DNA from: an uncultured Nitrospinota bacterium
GTDB lineage: Bacteria > Tectomicrobia > Entotheonellia > J063 > CAVPRW01
Assembly: GCA_963707985.1 (NCBI GenBank)
Contig: CAVPRW010000024.1
Coordinates: forward strand, 96,001 to 160,000
Reading direction: 5' to 3'
Length of the DNA: 64,000 bases
A model generated the notes under the pieces. That model ran no database searches. It worked only from the letters and a program-made list of their open reading frames with translations, and was not told where the DNA came from. This document shows positions 21,997 to 32,277 of the stretch, one piece after another; position 1 is the stretch's first letter; every line of letters starts with the position of its first letter. The position numbers were made by a program, and so were the translations under genes.

Positions 21997-23077
21997 GAGT
22001 TCATCTCGATTTATGGTATCCTGGGCCTCCAACGAAAGGAGGCCCCCGCCATGGGAACGTGACGGTTCGCCGATCTCCAGACCCGCTCGACCGAGGTGCT
22101 CGATTTGACGAGTCTCACGCGCGATGAGTTTCGGTTGTTAGTGCCCCCCTTTGAGGCCGCGTTCCAGGCCTACATGGCCTCCTGGCGCCTTGATGGGCAG
22201 CCGCGTACCGCTCGCCGCTAGACGACCTACAAGAACTGTCCGCTGCCAACCCCCGAGGATCGGCTGCTGTGTATCCTGGTCTACCTGAAGACCTATCCGC
22301 TCCAAGTCGTGCAGGGACGACTCTTCGGCATAGGCCAGAGCAAGGCTCATCAGTGGATTCATGTCTTGCGAGGTGTCCTCCAGACGACGCGACGCGCGCT
22401 GGGGGATGCGCCCACCCGGTCGGTGACAGCACTCGCGAAGCGCCTCGGGGTGACTGAGACGGACGCGAGCGCGCGGGTCGTACCGGTGCCGAAGCCGCCG
22501 CATGCGTCCGCTCCGCCCACACCGGCATCAGCCCAGGCCCCTGCCTCCCCCCTTGTGGGCATGATGGCACTGCACGGCGCATCGGGCGCCCCCAGGATCC
22601 AACTGAGCAGACGCGCGATGAGAGCGGCAAGAAGAAGTGCCACACGGTCAACAACGGGCGGCCGATCAACGCCGTGCGGACGATCCTCTTCCTGAGTGAG
22701 ACCAATGCGGGGCGTACCCACGACAAGCGGAGGGCTGAGGCCACCCCCTATCCCTGACCGGCGGGCCGTCGGTGGCTCCAGGATCTGGGCTGCCTGGCGT
22801 TCACACTCGACCAGGTCGAGATCAGCATGCCGACCCGCAAGCCGCGAGGACGGCAGCTCACACGCGCGCAAAAGGCTGCGAATCGGCGCATCGCCCGTCG
22901 GCGCGTGGGCATCGAGCATGTCAACAGTCGCGTCAAACGCTGCCGTATGGTTCACGAGACCTGCCGCGTCCGAAAGGCGGGCATCCGCGATCTGATCATG
23001 GAAGTCTGCTGTGCGCTGCAGAACTTTCGCGTGCGGTTGACACCCTGGCAACCAATGGTTTAATCGGGATGAACCTT
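21997..23077 (+). mobile_element. IS5-like (ISL2-type, DDE_Tnp_4) element, decayed copy 1
   Basis: Ends GAGTTCATCTCGATT / AATCGGGATGAACC; transposase motifs LVYLKTYPLQVVQGRLFG and IEHVNSRVKRCR; stops and frameshifts. Confidence 0.85.
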
Positions 23078-23155
23078 AATGGGTATATTACAACTTGTTC
23101 GAGGTAAATGTGAAGCACGCCGCTTTCCATAAGCGCTCGAACGAATGGGTTATTC

Positions 23156-23731
23156 ATGTCACACGATCCTATGCGCACCCTCCCCAAATATTTGACCCAA
23201 GACGAACTCAAACGCTTCTTTGCGGCGATCGACTCCCCGCGCGACCGGGCACTGTTCGGCCTGATCTACCACTACGGCCTCCGTGTGGACGAATCCACCG
23301 CAATCACCATTCAAGATGTCGACCTCAAAAACCACCGCATCCGCATCCGCCGCCTCAAGAACGGTGTTGGCGGCGAGAGACCGCTCTGGCGCCACACGGC
23401 CAAACCCCTGCGAGCGTATATGAGGGTTCGCAAAGACGCCGGCGCCTACCTCTTCACCGGCCGCGAGGGGCCCCTCAAGAAACGCATGGTACAGAAACTT
23501 TTTAGAGACTATGCCGAAAAGGCTGGCATCACTGGTAGATCCATTCATTCGCTTCGCCACTCGATTGCCGTTCACCTCTTGGAAGCCGGACGCGGGATTG
23601 AATATGTCGCCGACCATCTCGGCCACAAGAACATCCAGAACACCAAAGTTTACGCCCAAATCACGAACCCTTATCGCGAGCAAGTATTTTGCGACCTTGA
23701 ACAGCATCCAAAAATTGTAAGACTTTCCTGA
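23156..23731 (+). CDS. Short tyrosine recombinase (FimB/FimE-like, catalytic domain only)
   Basis: YLTQDE, YGLRVDE (R), RRLKNG (K), HSLRHS (HxxR), LGHKNIQNTKVY (H, Y); 191 aa, intact. Confidence 0.88.
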   Translation: MSHDPMRTLPKYLTQDELKRFFAAIDSPRDRALFGLIYHYGLRVDESTAITIQDVDLKNHRIRIRRLKNGVGGERPLWRHTAKPLRAYMRVRKDAGAYLFTGREGPLKKRMVQKLFRDYAEKAGITGRSIHSLRHSIAVHLLEAGRGIEYVADHLGHKNIQNTKVYAQITNPYREQVFCDLEQHPKIVRLS

Positions 23732-23778
23732 GAATTGTGCGCGCGCCTTCCGAACAAGAATCCTCTCAGTCTTGACCT

Positions 23779-25864
23779 ATGAACAAGGAACGAGAAATGG
23801 CTACAAAAGATCGACGTATAGCACAACTCCGGCTAGAAAATCGTTGGTATGAAGATGGGTTTTGGCCTGGACTTATCAAAGGGAAGCCAGCCTCCCTCAA
23901 AAATGCCAACAAGTTCTTCCTTGCCTGTATCATCGATTATCAACAGCGTCCAAACCAACCTTGGGAAAGTGCACGCAGATTTGCTGAGGATATTCTGAAT
24001 AACCCTAATGACCTTTGGCATCGTATTACTAGTGTGAGCTTGTCAAAGTGGCAATCGAAAAGAAGAGAATATGGGCTACATCGCTTTCCCAAAGCCCATG
24101 AGAGAGTCTGGCGCATTGGCAAAGACATTGTCACTTATTATGGCGGGGACTCCAGAAAAATTTGGATGGGCCAGCCACCCGACATTGTTCTTCATCGACT
24201 CAATAAGATGAGAGTTGGAGAACAAATTTCTCGAATGATCGTTGGGGCATTATGTGATACAGACCAAATTCAAGGTCATGGAGATGTCAAAGTAGATACT
24301 CATGCGAGACGAGTGCTAGGACGGGTTTTGCGGGGGAATCCCTACTCGCTCAGTGAGGCTCCGATAGTTTTAGAACAATACTTCGGGCATTTTTTGAGCG
24401 AGAGAGTTAACAAATCAGGCCATTCCTGGTTGAATATACGTGTGCAACGCTATTTTCAACCGGGGAATGGCCTATGACCATGGTCAAAGAGATCCTCCAG
24501 CAGATGTCTACGGTGAGTAAACCCCAGGCGAAGTTCGTGGAAACGCTGTTCGCTGCCATCCTGGCACGGCGCGGCCGCGTCAACTTTCGCCATCTGAGCC
24601 GCTACTGCAACTATTGTGAGCGCACGATTGCGCGGCAGTTCCGGCGCTGCTTTGACTGGCCGGACTTCCATCAACGGGTCATCACGATCGCCCTCGACCC
24701 GTGCTCGGAAGTGATCTCGGCGCAGGATGCGTCCTTCATCCCGAAGAGTGGCCAACAGACGTTCGGGCTGGGGCACTTCTTCCACGGCTGTACCTCCCGT
24801 GCCGAACGCGGCCTGGAAGTCTCCACGCTGGCCGTCGTGGATGTGACACGCCGGTGCGCCTTCACACTCGCGGTGGCCCAGACACCCCCAGGCGATGACG
24901 AGACGGTCTCACCGCAGGCCAAGGAAGAGACCAGAGTTGATTTTTATCGGCAGCAACTGCGCGAGCAGCGGCACCGCTGGCCGTCGCAGGTGACCTAGCA
25001 TGGCGTGGACGGTTACTTTGCCAAGAAGAAATACCTGGATGAAGCTGTTCGTCTCGACCTGCACCCGATTACCAAGCTGCGGTGCGACGCCGACTGTCGG
25101 TTTCTCTACCTCGGCCCGCACCCAACGCGCCGCGGAGCGCGGCGTAAGTATGACGGCAAAGTCAATTTTCAAGACCTCCGCCGCTTTGCCTCTCTTCGCA
25201 CCATGGCGGAAGCGGACTATCTGCATCTGTATACAGCTGTCGTCTGGCACGTCACGCTCAAACCCAAGCTGCGGCTCGTGGTCGTGGTCAACCGGAAAGT
25301 CCCAGCCAAGCCGCGCTCTATCGTGCTGGCCTCCACTGATCTGACCCTGGATGGCCGCAAGCTGGTGGAGTTGTATGGGGCGCGTTTCCAGATCGAGTTT
25401 CTGTTCCGTGACAGCCAACAGTTCACTGGCCTGAGTGACTGCCAAGCGCGTGCCGAAGCCGCACTGGATTTCCATTTCAACGCCGCGTTGGCGACGCTCA
25501 ACCTGGCACGCACCGCGCCACTGGTAGAACAGACCGGCGCGTCCCGACAGGTCTTCTCGATGGCGAGCTGGAAACAGCGCCAATTTAAGGAACGATTGCT
25601 CGATGTATTTATTGAGAAGTTAGCTCTTGAGCCGAGTTGGGTGAAAAAGCACCCCGCTTATGACGAACTCAGGTCTTACGGTGCTATCGCCGCCTGATTT
25701 TGTCCTAACCATTGTTAGAAAAGACACGGGAATTATTTCCAGAAAACCCGTGGTTGCTTGATGAACCGTTGTACGCATTAGGAAGGCAATTTTGTTTGGC
25801 TTCAAATCCTCACTGTAATGATTGTTATCTTCAGAAAGTATGTACTTTCTATAGAATGAACTGA
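23779..25864 (+). pseudogene. HhH-GPD/endonuclease III-like DNA glycosylase with [4Fe-4S] motif, split by an IS
   Basis: N-part LHRFP, RVGEQIS, VKVDTHARRV up to APIVLE; resumes at 25721 as KTRELFPENPWLLDEPLYALGRQFCLASNPHCNDCYLQKVCTFYRMN* (C-x6-C-x2-C-x5-C). Confidence 0.85.
24376..25714 (+). mobile_element. IS4/IS701-like DDE insertion sequence with 6-bp target duplication
   Basis: TTAGAA duplicated at 24370-24375 and 25715-25720; imperfect IRs CAATACTTCGGGCA / TGTCCTAACCATTG; transposase 24474-25697 (YGARFQIEFLFRD) with an in-frame TAG at 24996-24998. Confidence 0.88.
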
Positions 25865-26028
25865 GGTTGATATATGTGAAAGAGGTTTTTGAGCTGGCCG
25901 CGCATCAGACTGCATAACTGTTCTGTCTGATTTTGGCAAATCGTCGATATGCAAGTATGCGAAAAACCGACCCCAAACGGGCGATCATTTTTTATCGTAC
26001 TGTCTTATTCATGGTTCCCCAGTGTCTC

Positions 26029-26316
26029 CTACCCCCGATGGGCGACTGTGTCGCGCAGACGTTCCAGCACCCACATCCGAATGAGCGTCGTGGGTCCGAT
26101 GCCCTTCTCATGAGCCATCGACCGCAATTGCTTAAGCGTGTCTGGATCCAGTCGGATGGTCACGTCGCTGGACAGGCGCTTAGCAAAGCGAATCGGAACC
26201 GGCTTGAACTCGGCTTCGTAGTCGGCGGTGCTGTGGGTGTCCCAGAATGCCGCCTCTTCCTCAATGCTGGCAAACTCTGGAATACGTTTAGGTTTTGATG
26301 AGGTCTTTTTGGCCAT
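26029..26316 (-). CDS. BrnA/CopG-like antitoxin
   Basis: IPEFASIEEEAAFWDTHS...VTIRLD...GIGPTTLIRMW; directly downstream of the BrnT-like gene. Confidence 0.82.
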   Translation of the reverse strand: MAKKTSSKPKRIPEFASIEEEAAFWDTHSTADYEAEFKPVPIRFAKRLSSDVTIRLDPDTLKQLRSMAHEKGIGPTTLIRMWVLERLRDTVAHRG

Positions 26317-26318
26317 CG

Positions 26319-26600
26319 CTAGTGTATTCCTCGCTGCTCGCGATACTGCCGCCGCTCTTTGCGGTCAGCAGGGCGGGCGGTCACCGGATAGTAGACACCC
26401 CGCTCATCCGTCGGCGCTAGAATCACGGTCAGCATGCGTTGGTGGCTTGTCGGCCCAACCACCCGGAGCCGGCCGCTGTATGTCTGGCTGGTCACCGGAG
26501 TGCCATGGCACACGTCCTCCACTTCATCGGGGATGACGTCGTGGCGTGCGATATGCGCGATATTCCAGGCATCCCAGATGAGACGGCGGACGAAGAGCAT
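26319..26600 (-). CDS. BrnT-family toxin
   Basis: WDAWNIAHIARHDVIPDEVE...RMLTVIL...VTARPADRKERRQY. Confidence 0.82.
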   Translation of the reverse strand: MLFVRRLIWDAWNIAHIARHDVIPDEVEDVCHGTPVTSQTYSGRLRVVGPTSHQRMLTVILAPTDERGVYYPVTARPADRKERRQYREQRGIH

Positions 26601-26669
26601 AGGATGTGTCCTACATTGCGTTACATCTAACAGTATAGAAGATCTAGAGGTGTCGTCAAGTCTTGGCAC

Positions 26670-26757
26670 GCACCAGCACGGCCGCCTCGCCACCACCGAC
26701 ATAGATGTGAACCCCTCCCCCGAGGAAGTGCTCCGCAAATGTCGAAAGAAGTGGTAA
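26670..26757 (+). pseudogene. Tyrosine recombinase C-terminal remnant
   Basis: HGRLATTDIDVNPSPEEVLRKCRKKW*; same family as 30380-30448. Confidence 0.5.
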
Positions 26758-26863
26758 GATGACGGAGTTCACGAGCCTCAGGCGGGACGAAGAAGCGCGT
26801 TCCAGCAGCCTGCTGCACACGCGGGTGTGTCAGCGACATCTAGACCAGAGGGGCGACCTCACC

Positions 26864-27380
26864 ATGCAGCACACTCTTCACGAAACTGAAGGAGGAGTTC
26901 ACAGCGCTGCTCCCGCCGACGCTCTTTTTCTTCGTCGCGCTCCACCTGGTTGCGCTGATCCGCGTCTTGATGCTCAAGGGCACGGGGATCCCGCTGAGCA
27001 CGTCGTGGCAAGTCACGGTGGCGGCGCTGATTCTGGGCAAGGCGGTGTTGGTCGCTGACCTCCTCCCGTTCATCAATCGCTATCCCGACAAACCGCTGGT
27101 CTATAACGTCGCGTGGAAGACCACGATCTACGTGCTGGTCGCCATGCTGGTCCACTACGTGGAGCACCTCATCGACTTCTGGCGCGAGGCCGGTGGTTTC
27201 ATCGCGGGCAACCAGAAACTGTTCGCGGAGATCGTGTGGCCCCATTTCTGGGCCATCCAACTGCTCCTGGTGGTGCTGATTCTGATGTACTGCACCATGC
27301 ATGAACTGGTCCGGGTGATCGGACGGGACAGGGTCCTTGAAATCTTTTTCGGCAGGCCGTCGGCCGCGCGCGGGGCATGA
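26864..27380 (+). CDS. Conserved hypothetical membrane protein (frameshift just after ATG)
   Basis: Deleting C26867 gives MSTLFTKLKEEFTALLPPTLFFFVALHLV...ALILGKAVLVADLLPFINRYPDKPL; about 4 TM helices. Confidence 0.7.
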
Positions 27381-27566
27381 GGAGTGTTGAGCCAACGGAC
27401 ACCACACCACGCTTGTGATGCCGGTGAATCACGTCACTCATCCGCTCCGGGCTGCCTGCTATCCTGCCGCCGCGCAGGGCACAACCCACCATAGGGACCC
27501 TGCGAGAGACCCCTGCGGCACGAGCGACCGCGGTCCGGATAAGGCCCTTTTTTCGTGTGCCTGTTT

Positions 27567-27598
27567 TTACTCTTGATAAAAGCTGTTATCACGAGTAA
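27567..27598. promoter_or_regulatory. Tyrosine-recombinase-type site (13-6-13 inverted repeat)
   Basis: TTACTCTTGATAA-AAGCTG-TTATCACGAGTAA (1 mismatch), 9 bp before an integrase start. Confidence 0.7.
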
Positions 27599-27607
27599 TA
27601 GGGGCGT

Positions 27608-27778
27608 ATGGACACGTCCGAAAAAACCTCGCTACCGACACCGATTTCCAGGGGGCTTCTAGCAAGGAAGGAATTTCAGGAGCTCGCGGAGGTCCCCCGG
27701 AACTGGAGTGGTTTGCCAACATCGACAACACCCGCACCTGCCGCGCCTACCAGATTGACCTCAAAGACTTTATAGCGC
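27608..27778 (+). pseudogene. Integrase/resolvase N-terminal fragment
   Basis: EFQELAEVP/ELEWFANIDNTRTCRAYQIDLKDF, then truncated. Confidence 0.65.
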
Positions 27779-28316
27779 GAGAGGCAAGAAATCGGAACGT
27801 TGATTCTGGGATCGGTATTTTGGGACGGATAGTTACTTGTAAACCTCAATTTTTGAAGGGTATATAGCTGATTTTCAAAAACGAGGGTTTTTGGGACAGC
27901 TCCCAGAGAGGTTGCAGGGCTGCAATCGTGGTCGAGGCATACACTCGCTTTTACCTCTTGTGAGCGGTTCGGGAGGGGCACGGAGCCGGTACTCGGGGAG
28001 TGAGAGTCGACGAGAAAAACATAAGGGCTGTACATAGACTACTCAGGTCATGAGCGCTATGGCTCTGGAAGACGTTGTGTAGGAATGCCGTCCTTGAACT
28101 ACCGCTCGATAATCCATCTCCCTGAGCCTCAAGCTTCTCAATGATTGAGAATGACTACAATTATTAAGTATGCTTATTGAGTCGTATAAAATATGCTAAG
28201 ATAAAATATTTATCATGATCTCTGCCGCCAGTATCGGGTATCTGCCGGGCAGACTTTATATTGCTAGTTATGCGCGGCGTATGTCGACTGTTCCGGGACG
28301 AGAGAGGGGCTAGTCA

Positions 28317-28914
28317 TGCGAAACTGGCTATATACGGCTCTTATCACCATCATGCTGGCTACAGGCACTGACCTCGCCATAGCCGGTGAGGTACAAGCCC
28401 TGGAAGCCATCAGCTGGCAGTCGTAATAGTGGCGCTAGGCATTCTGGCCATGCTGTCAGTGGCTAGCGTCATCGCCATTCAAAAATACAATACCGCGGAC
28501 GAAGCATTGAAGATGGTCGGGGCCTTCTTGGGCCTTTTTGGCGTCGTCATCGGCTCGTGCGGCACCTACTTTTTTACTCGTCCACCTCTAAAGGAAGCTC
28601 AAAGACTGGCTGCGGTGTATCAAGAACGCGCAGCCAATGCGGAGCAACAGCTTGCTTCATTAGGGAAAAATACAACTTCACTCCTAACTGAATTGTCCAA
28701 ACAGGGATGGCAAACCCCACTAGCGACAGTAAAGGCCGATCCAAAGGTCGCGACCTCCTTGAAAAACATTGAATTGAACATCGAGAGCACTCAAAAGCTG
28801 GACAATTGGCGGCGTGCCACGCGAGGACACAGGCGGTTAGCTGGGCGGGCGTTTCGACGTCGAGTTGACCGAAGCATTGTTCAGGGAAGTAGTGTTGTCT
28901 CGACTGAGCGTTAG
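28317..28914 (+). CDS. Hypothetical membrane protein with coiled coil (probable frameshift near 28400)
   Basis: Signal-like MRNWLYTALITIMLA..., two hydrophobic helices, then a heptad region; lower GC than the flanks. Confidence 0.45.
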
Positions 28915-29273
28915 GATGTTGTTGGCACGTCCACAAAACGGAGGTTTTTGGGACGGCATGGCAAACAACAAATTTGTTGCGGCTGTGTGACGGCAAGAAG
29001 CTGCCATCACACACCGCAAACCCGATTGAAAGGCTCACAAACGGTCGTTTTCGGGACAGTTCCCAGTTTAGTGAGCGACACGGATGCCCTCGCTCATCTA
29101 TGCGCCGTGCGACATGACCCCTACGCTGGGGTCCTGGATCATCCAAATCCATCTCTCTTTAGACCGACCGGATGTTGCCGTTCTATTCACAGAATTACGA
29201 TTGATCAACGCTCTCATCGATCGGAAGGCCGTCCCCCACAGGGGACGTTTTCATCGACTGTGCACAAGGGCAG

Positions 29274-29305
29274 TAGTGTAACATAACGTCCTTTATGTTA
29301 CACTA
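29274..29305. promoter_or_regulatory. Perfect 13-6-13 dif/res-like recombination site
   Basis: TAGTGTAACATAA-CGTCCT-TTATGTTACACTA, 5 bp upstream of the recombinase ATG; the arm resembles the XerD arm TTATGTTA. Confidence 0.8.
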
Positions 29306-29310
29306 GCCGT

Positions 29311-30311
29311 ATGAGCCACGACCTCCAACTTTTGACGGGCCCTGATGACGAAAAATTACCGGTCGCGCCGGGGTTAGGCGCGATGCCGGCGCTAGTCCTC
29401 GCGGCCGGCGAGCAAGGGACGTACCGCTTCCTGGAATTTTTTGCGGCCCACATCAGAAATCCGAACACCCGAGCCGCCTACTTTCGGGACGTGTGCGCGT
29501 TTTTCCTGTGGTGCCAGCGGCGCAAGATTCGCGAGTTGTCGGAGATCCGCTCGCATCATGTGGCCGGCTACGTGGAGCGGCTCGGCAAAACCCATGCGCC
29601 CCCATCGGTCAAGCAGCACTTAGCCGCGATCCGGATGCTGTTTGATTGGCTCGTCATCGGACAGATCGTGTCGTCACAATCCCGCCAGCGCCGTACGCGG
29701 GCCCACGTATGTGGTGAACAAAGGCAAGACGCCGGTGCTCTTAGGCGAAGAAGCGCGCGTGTTGCTCGACAGCATCAAGACGAACACGCTCGTGGGGTTA
29801 CGGGATCGCGCCCTCATTGCCCTCCTGGTCTATACCTTTGCGCGCGTGTCGGCCGCGGTGCAGATGAATGCTGAGGACGTGTACATTCAAGGCAAACGCC
29901 TCTGGGTGCGGCTGCATGAAAAAGGCGGCAAGGAGCATACGCTCCCCTGTCACCACGAGCTTGAGAGTAATTTGGACGCGTACCGGGACGCGATCGGGAT
30001 AGGCCACGAGAAGGGCACGCCGCTCTTTCGCTCGGCGAAGAGGCGAACCGGACGGCTGACGGAGAAACGCATGCACCGCATTGACGCGTTCCGCATGGTC
30101 AAGCGCCGAGCCCGTGCGGCCGGCATCCTCTCCCCCATCGGCTGCCATACGTTTCGGGCCACGGGGATCACGCAGTATTTGTCTCAACGGCGGCAAGCTC
30201 GAACATGCGCAACACATGGCCGCGCATGAGTCATCCCGCACCACGGGGCTCTATGACCGAAGGAAAGACGAAATCACGCTTGATGAGGTGGACCGGATTA
30301 TTTTGACGTGA
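29311..30311 (+). CDS. Tyrosine recombinase/resolvase (two frameshifts, near 29672 and 30181)
   Basis: RFLEFFAAHIRNPNTRAAY, KQHLAAIRMLFDWL, NPASAVRGP, TFARVSA, HEKGGK, CHTFRATGIT, AAHESSRTTGLYDRR. Confidence 0.85.
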
Positions 30312-30379
30312 CGAAAAACGACTGCCCGAAGACTCACCGACGTTTAAGGTGGCGTATTAAACCTGGCCACGACCGCCTT

Positions 30380-30448
30380 ACGACGACCGAGATTTATTTG
30401 AACCTCTCCGCGGAGGAAGTCCTCCGCGAGTTTTGGGCGAAATGGTAG
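30380..30448 (+). pseudogene. Tyrosine recombinase C-terminal remnant
   Basis: GHDRLTTTEIYLNLSAEEVLREFWAKW* (the reading begins slightly upstream, near 30365). Confidence 0.6.
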
Positions 30449-30529
30449 ATAGAGCCTATAAACCTGACAGGCGATTATATCTGGAACCTCGATCCTTGGT
30501 GTACAATATTGGACGTTCCATGGAGTAAT

Positions 30530-30994
30530 CCCCCATGGCCAGAAGCGATATATCCTTACCGCGATTGACCGGCACACCAAGGTAGCCTTTGCCCGGATGT
30601 ACACCACGCATAGCTCAGCGTCCGCCCGTGATTTCCTCCACCGCCTGTATATCCTGCTTGACGGCAAAATCGAGAATGTTCAGACTGACAATGGATCTGA
30701 ATTTCACCGACACTTCGAGACTGCGTGCCAGCAGCTCAATCTTGAGCACTGTTGGTCCCGAGTGAAAACACCGAAGGACAATGCGGTCAACAAGCGATTC
30801 AACCGGACCTTGCAGGATGAATTTATCAGCCTTGGAAATATGACCACTGATACCGCAGTCTTCAACCAACACCTGACTGAGTGGGGCTAGTGGAGTACAA
30901 TTTCCACAGGCCCCATCAGACCCTGGGCTACCTACCCCCGATCAGCTTCACGTTTAAATATCACAAAGTGTTACCGATGTACCCGTCTAGTACA
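30530..30994 (+). pseudogene. IS481-family transposase 3' fragment
   Basis: YILTAIDRHTK, VQTDNGSEF, TPKDNAVNKRFNRTLQDEF, YNFHRPHQTLGY; ends ...TACA. Confidence 0.75.
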
Positions 30995-31033
30995 CCCCAT
31001 TGACACCTCCCGCCGCCTGGCTATGCTTGATTA

Positions 31034-32111
31034 GAGTTCATCTCGATTAACCCATCGGTTGCCATGGTGTCAACCGGACCCGAAAATTATGCAGGCCACA
31101 GCAAACTTCCATGATCACCTCTCGTATCCCCGCCTTCCGGAGACGGCAGACGTCGTGGACGATGCGGCAGCGCTTGACGCTGCTGTTCACAGGCTCGATC
31201 CGCACCCGGCGCCGTGCAATGCGCCGATTGACAGCTTTCTGCGCACGCGTGAGGGCTCGCCCCCGCGGCTTCTTGGTCGGCATGATCACTTCGACCTGGG
31301 GGAGCGTCAAGGCCAGAAAGCCCAGATCCTGAAGCAACCGGCTCCCTGCCGGCAAGGGATACGGGGTCTCATCGGCCATCCGCTGATCGTGGGGGCGACC
31401 TCCGTAGGTGCTACTGAGAAAGAGGATCGTGAGCACCGCATTGATCAGCAGGAGGTTTTTGACCGTCTGGCACTTGTTCTTGCCGCGATCACAGCGCGTC
31501 TGCTCAGTTGGATGCTGGGGGCGCTCGATGCGCCGTTCGGTGCCATCGTGGCCAACAGGGGGGAGGCCGCCCTCGATCCCGCCGCTGCGGGCTGATCGCC
31601 CCCCGGTGGCGATGCCTCCGGGGCCTCTACTAGGGCCGCCGCGTCAGCCTCAGCCACGCCCAGGCGCATAGCCAGCTCGGCCACAGACCGGGTCGGAGTA
31701 TCCCCCCAGCGTGTGCAGCGACGCTCGCAGCACCACCAGGAGCACGTGGATCCACTGATGCGCTGTGCTCTGGCCCATCCCGAACAGCCGCCCTTGTACG
31801 ACCTGGAGGGGATAGGTCTTCAGGTAGACCAGGATACACAGCAGACGGTCCTCGGGCGTGGGCAAAGGACAGTTCTTGTCGGTCGTGTACCGTCGGGCGA
31901 TGCGTGGCTTGCCATCGAGACGCCAACGGGCCATATGGGCCTGAAAGGCCACCTCAAAGGGGGACGCTAGCAGCTCAAACTCGTTCACGGTGAGACTGGT
32001 CAAATCGAGCACCTCTGTCGGGCGCGTCCGGAGATCGGTGAAGCGTAAGGTCCCCATGGCGGTGGCCTCCTTTCCGTGGAGGCCTAGGATACCATAAATC
32101 GGGATGAACTC
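31034..32111 (-). mobile_element. IS5-like (ISL2-type) element, decayed copy 2
   Basis: IRs GAGTTCATCTCGATT / AATCGGGATGAACTC flanked by TA; transposase homologous to copy 1, in opposite orientation. Confidence 0.85.
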
Positions 32112-32201
32112 TATTGATTACCACCTACCGTCAAGTGGACAGCCCATGAGGTCATAGGACCGGAGGCATCGGGTATCCACGATACCTTTTGATGTATGTG
32201 A

Positions 32202-32230
32202 TTGACACTGGCTCGCGACTGCAGTATACG
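32202..32230 (+). promoter_or_regulatory. sigma70-like promoter
   Basis: TTGACA-17 bp-TATACG upstream of the 32278 gene. Confidence 0.5.
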
Positions 32231-32277
32231 GATGGCTAGCACGACTCCGAAGGATAGCTTATTTAACAAGGAGGTGG

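Noticed and set aside
28267..28916. GTTATGC and GTTAGGA as attC boundaries around the 28317 ORF
   Set aside because: No matching RYYYAAC or L-box pairing could be built.
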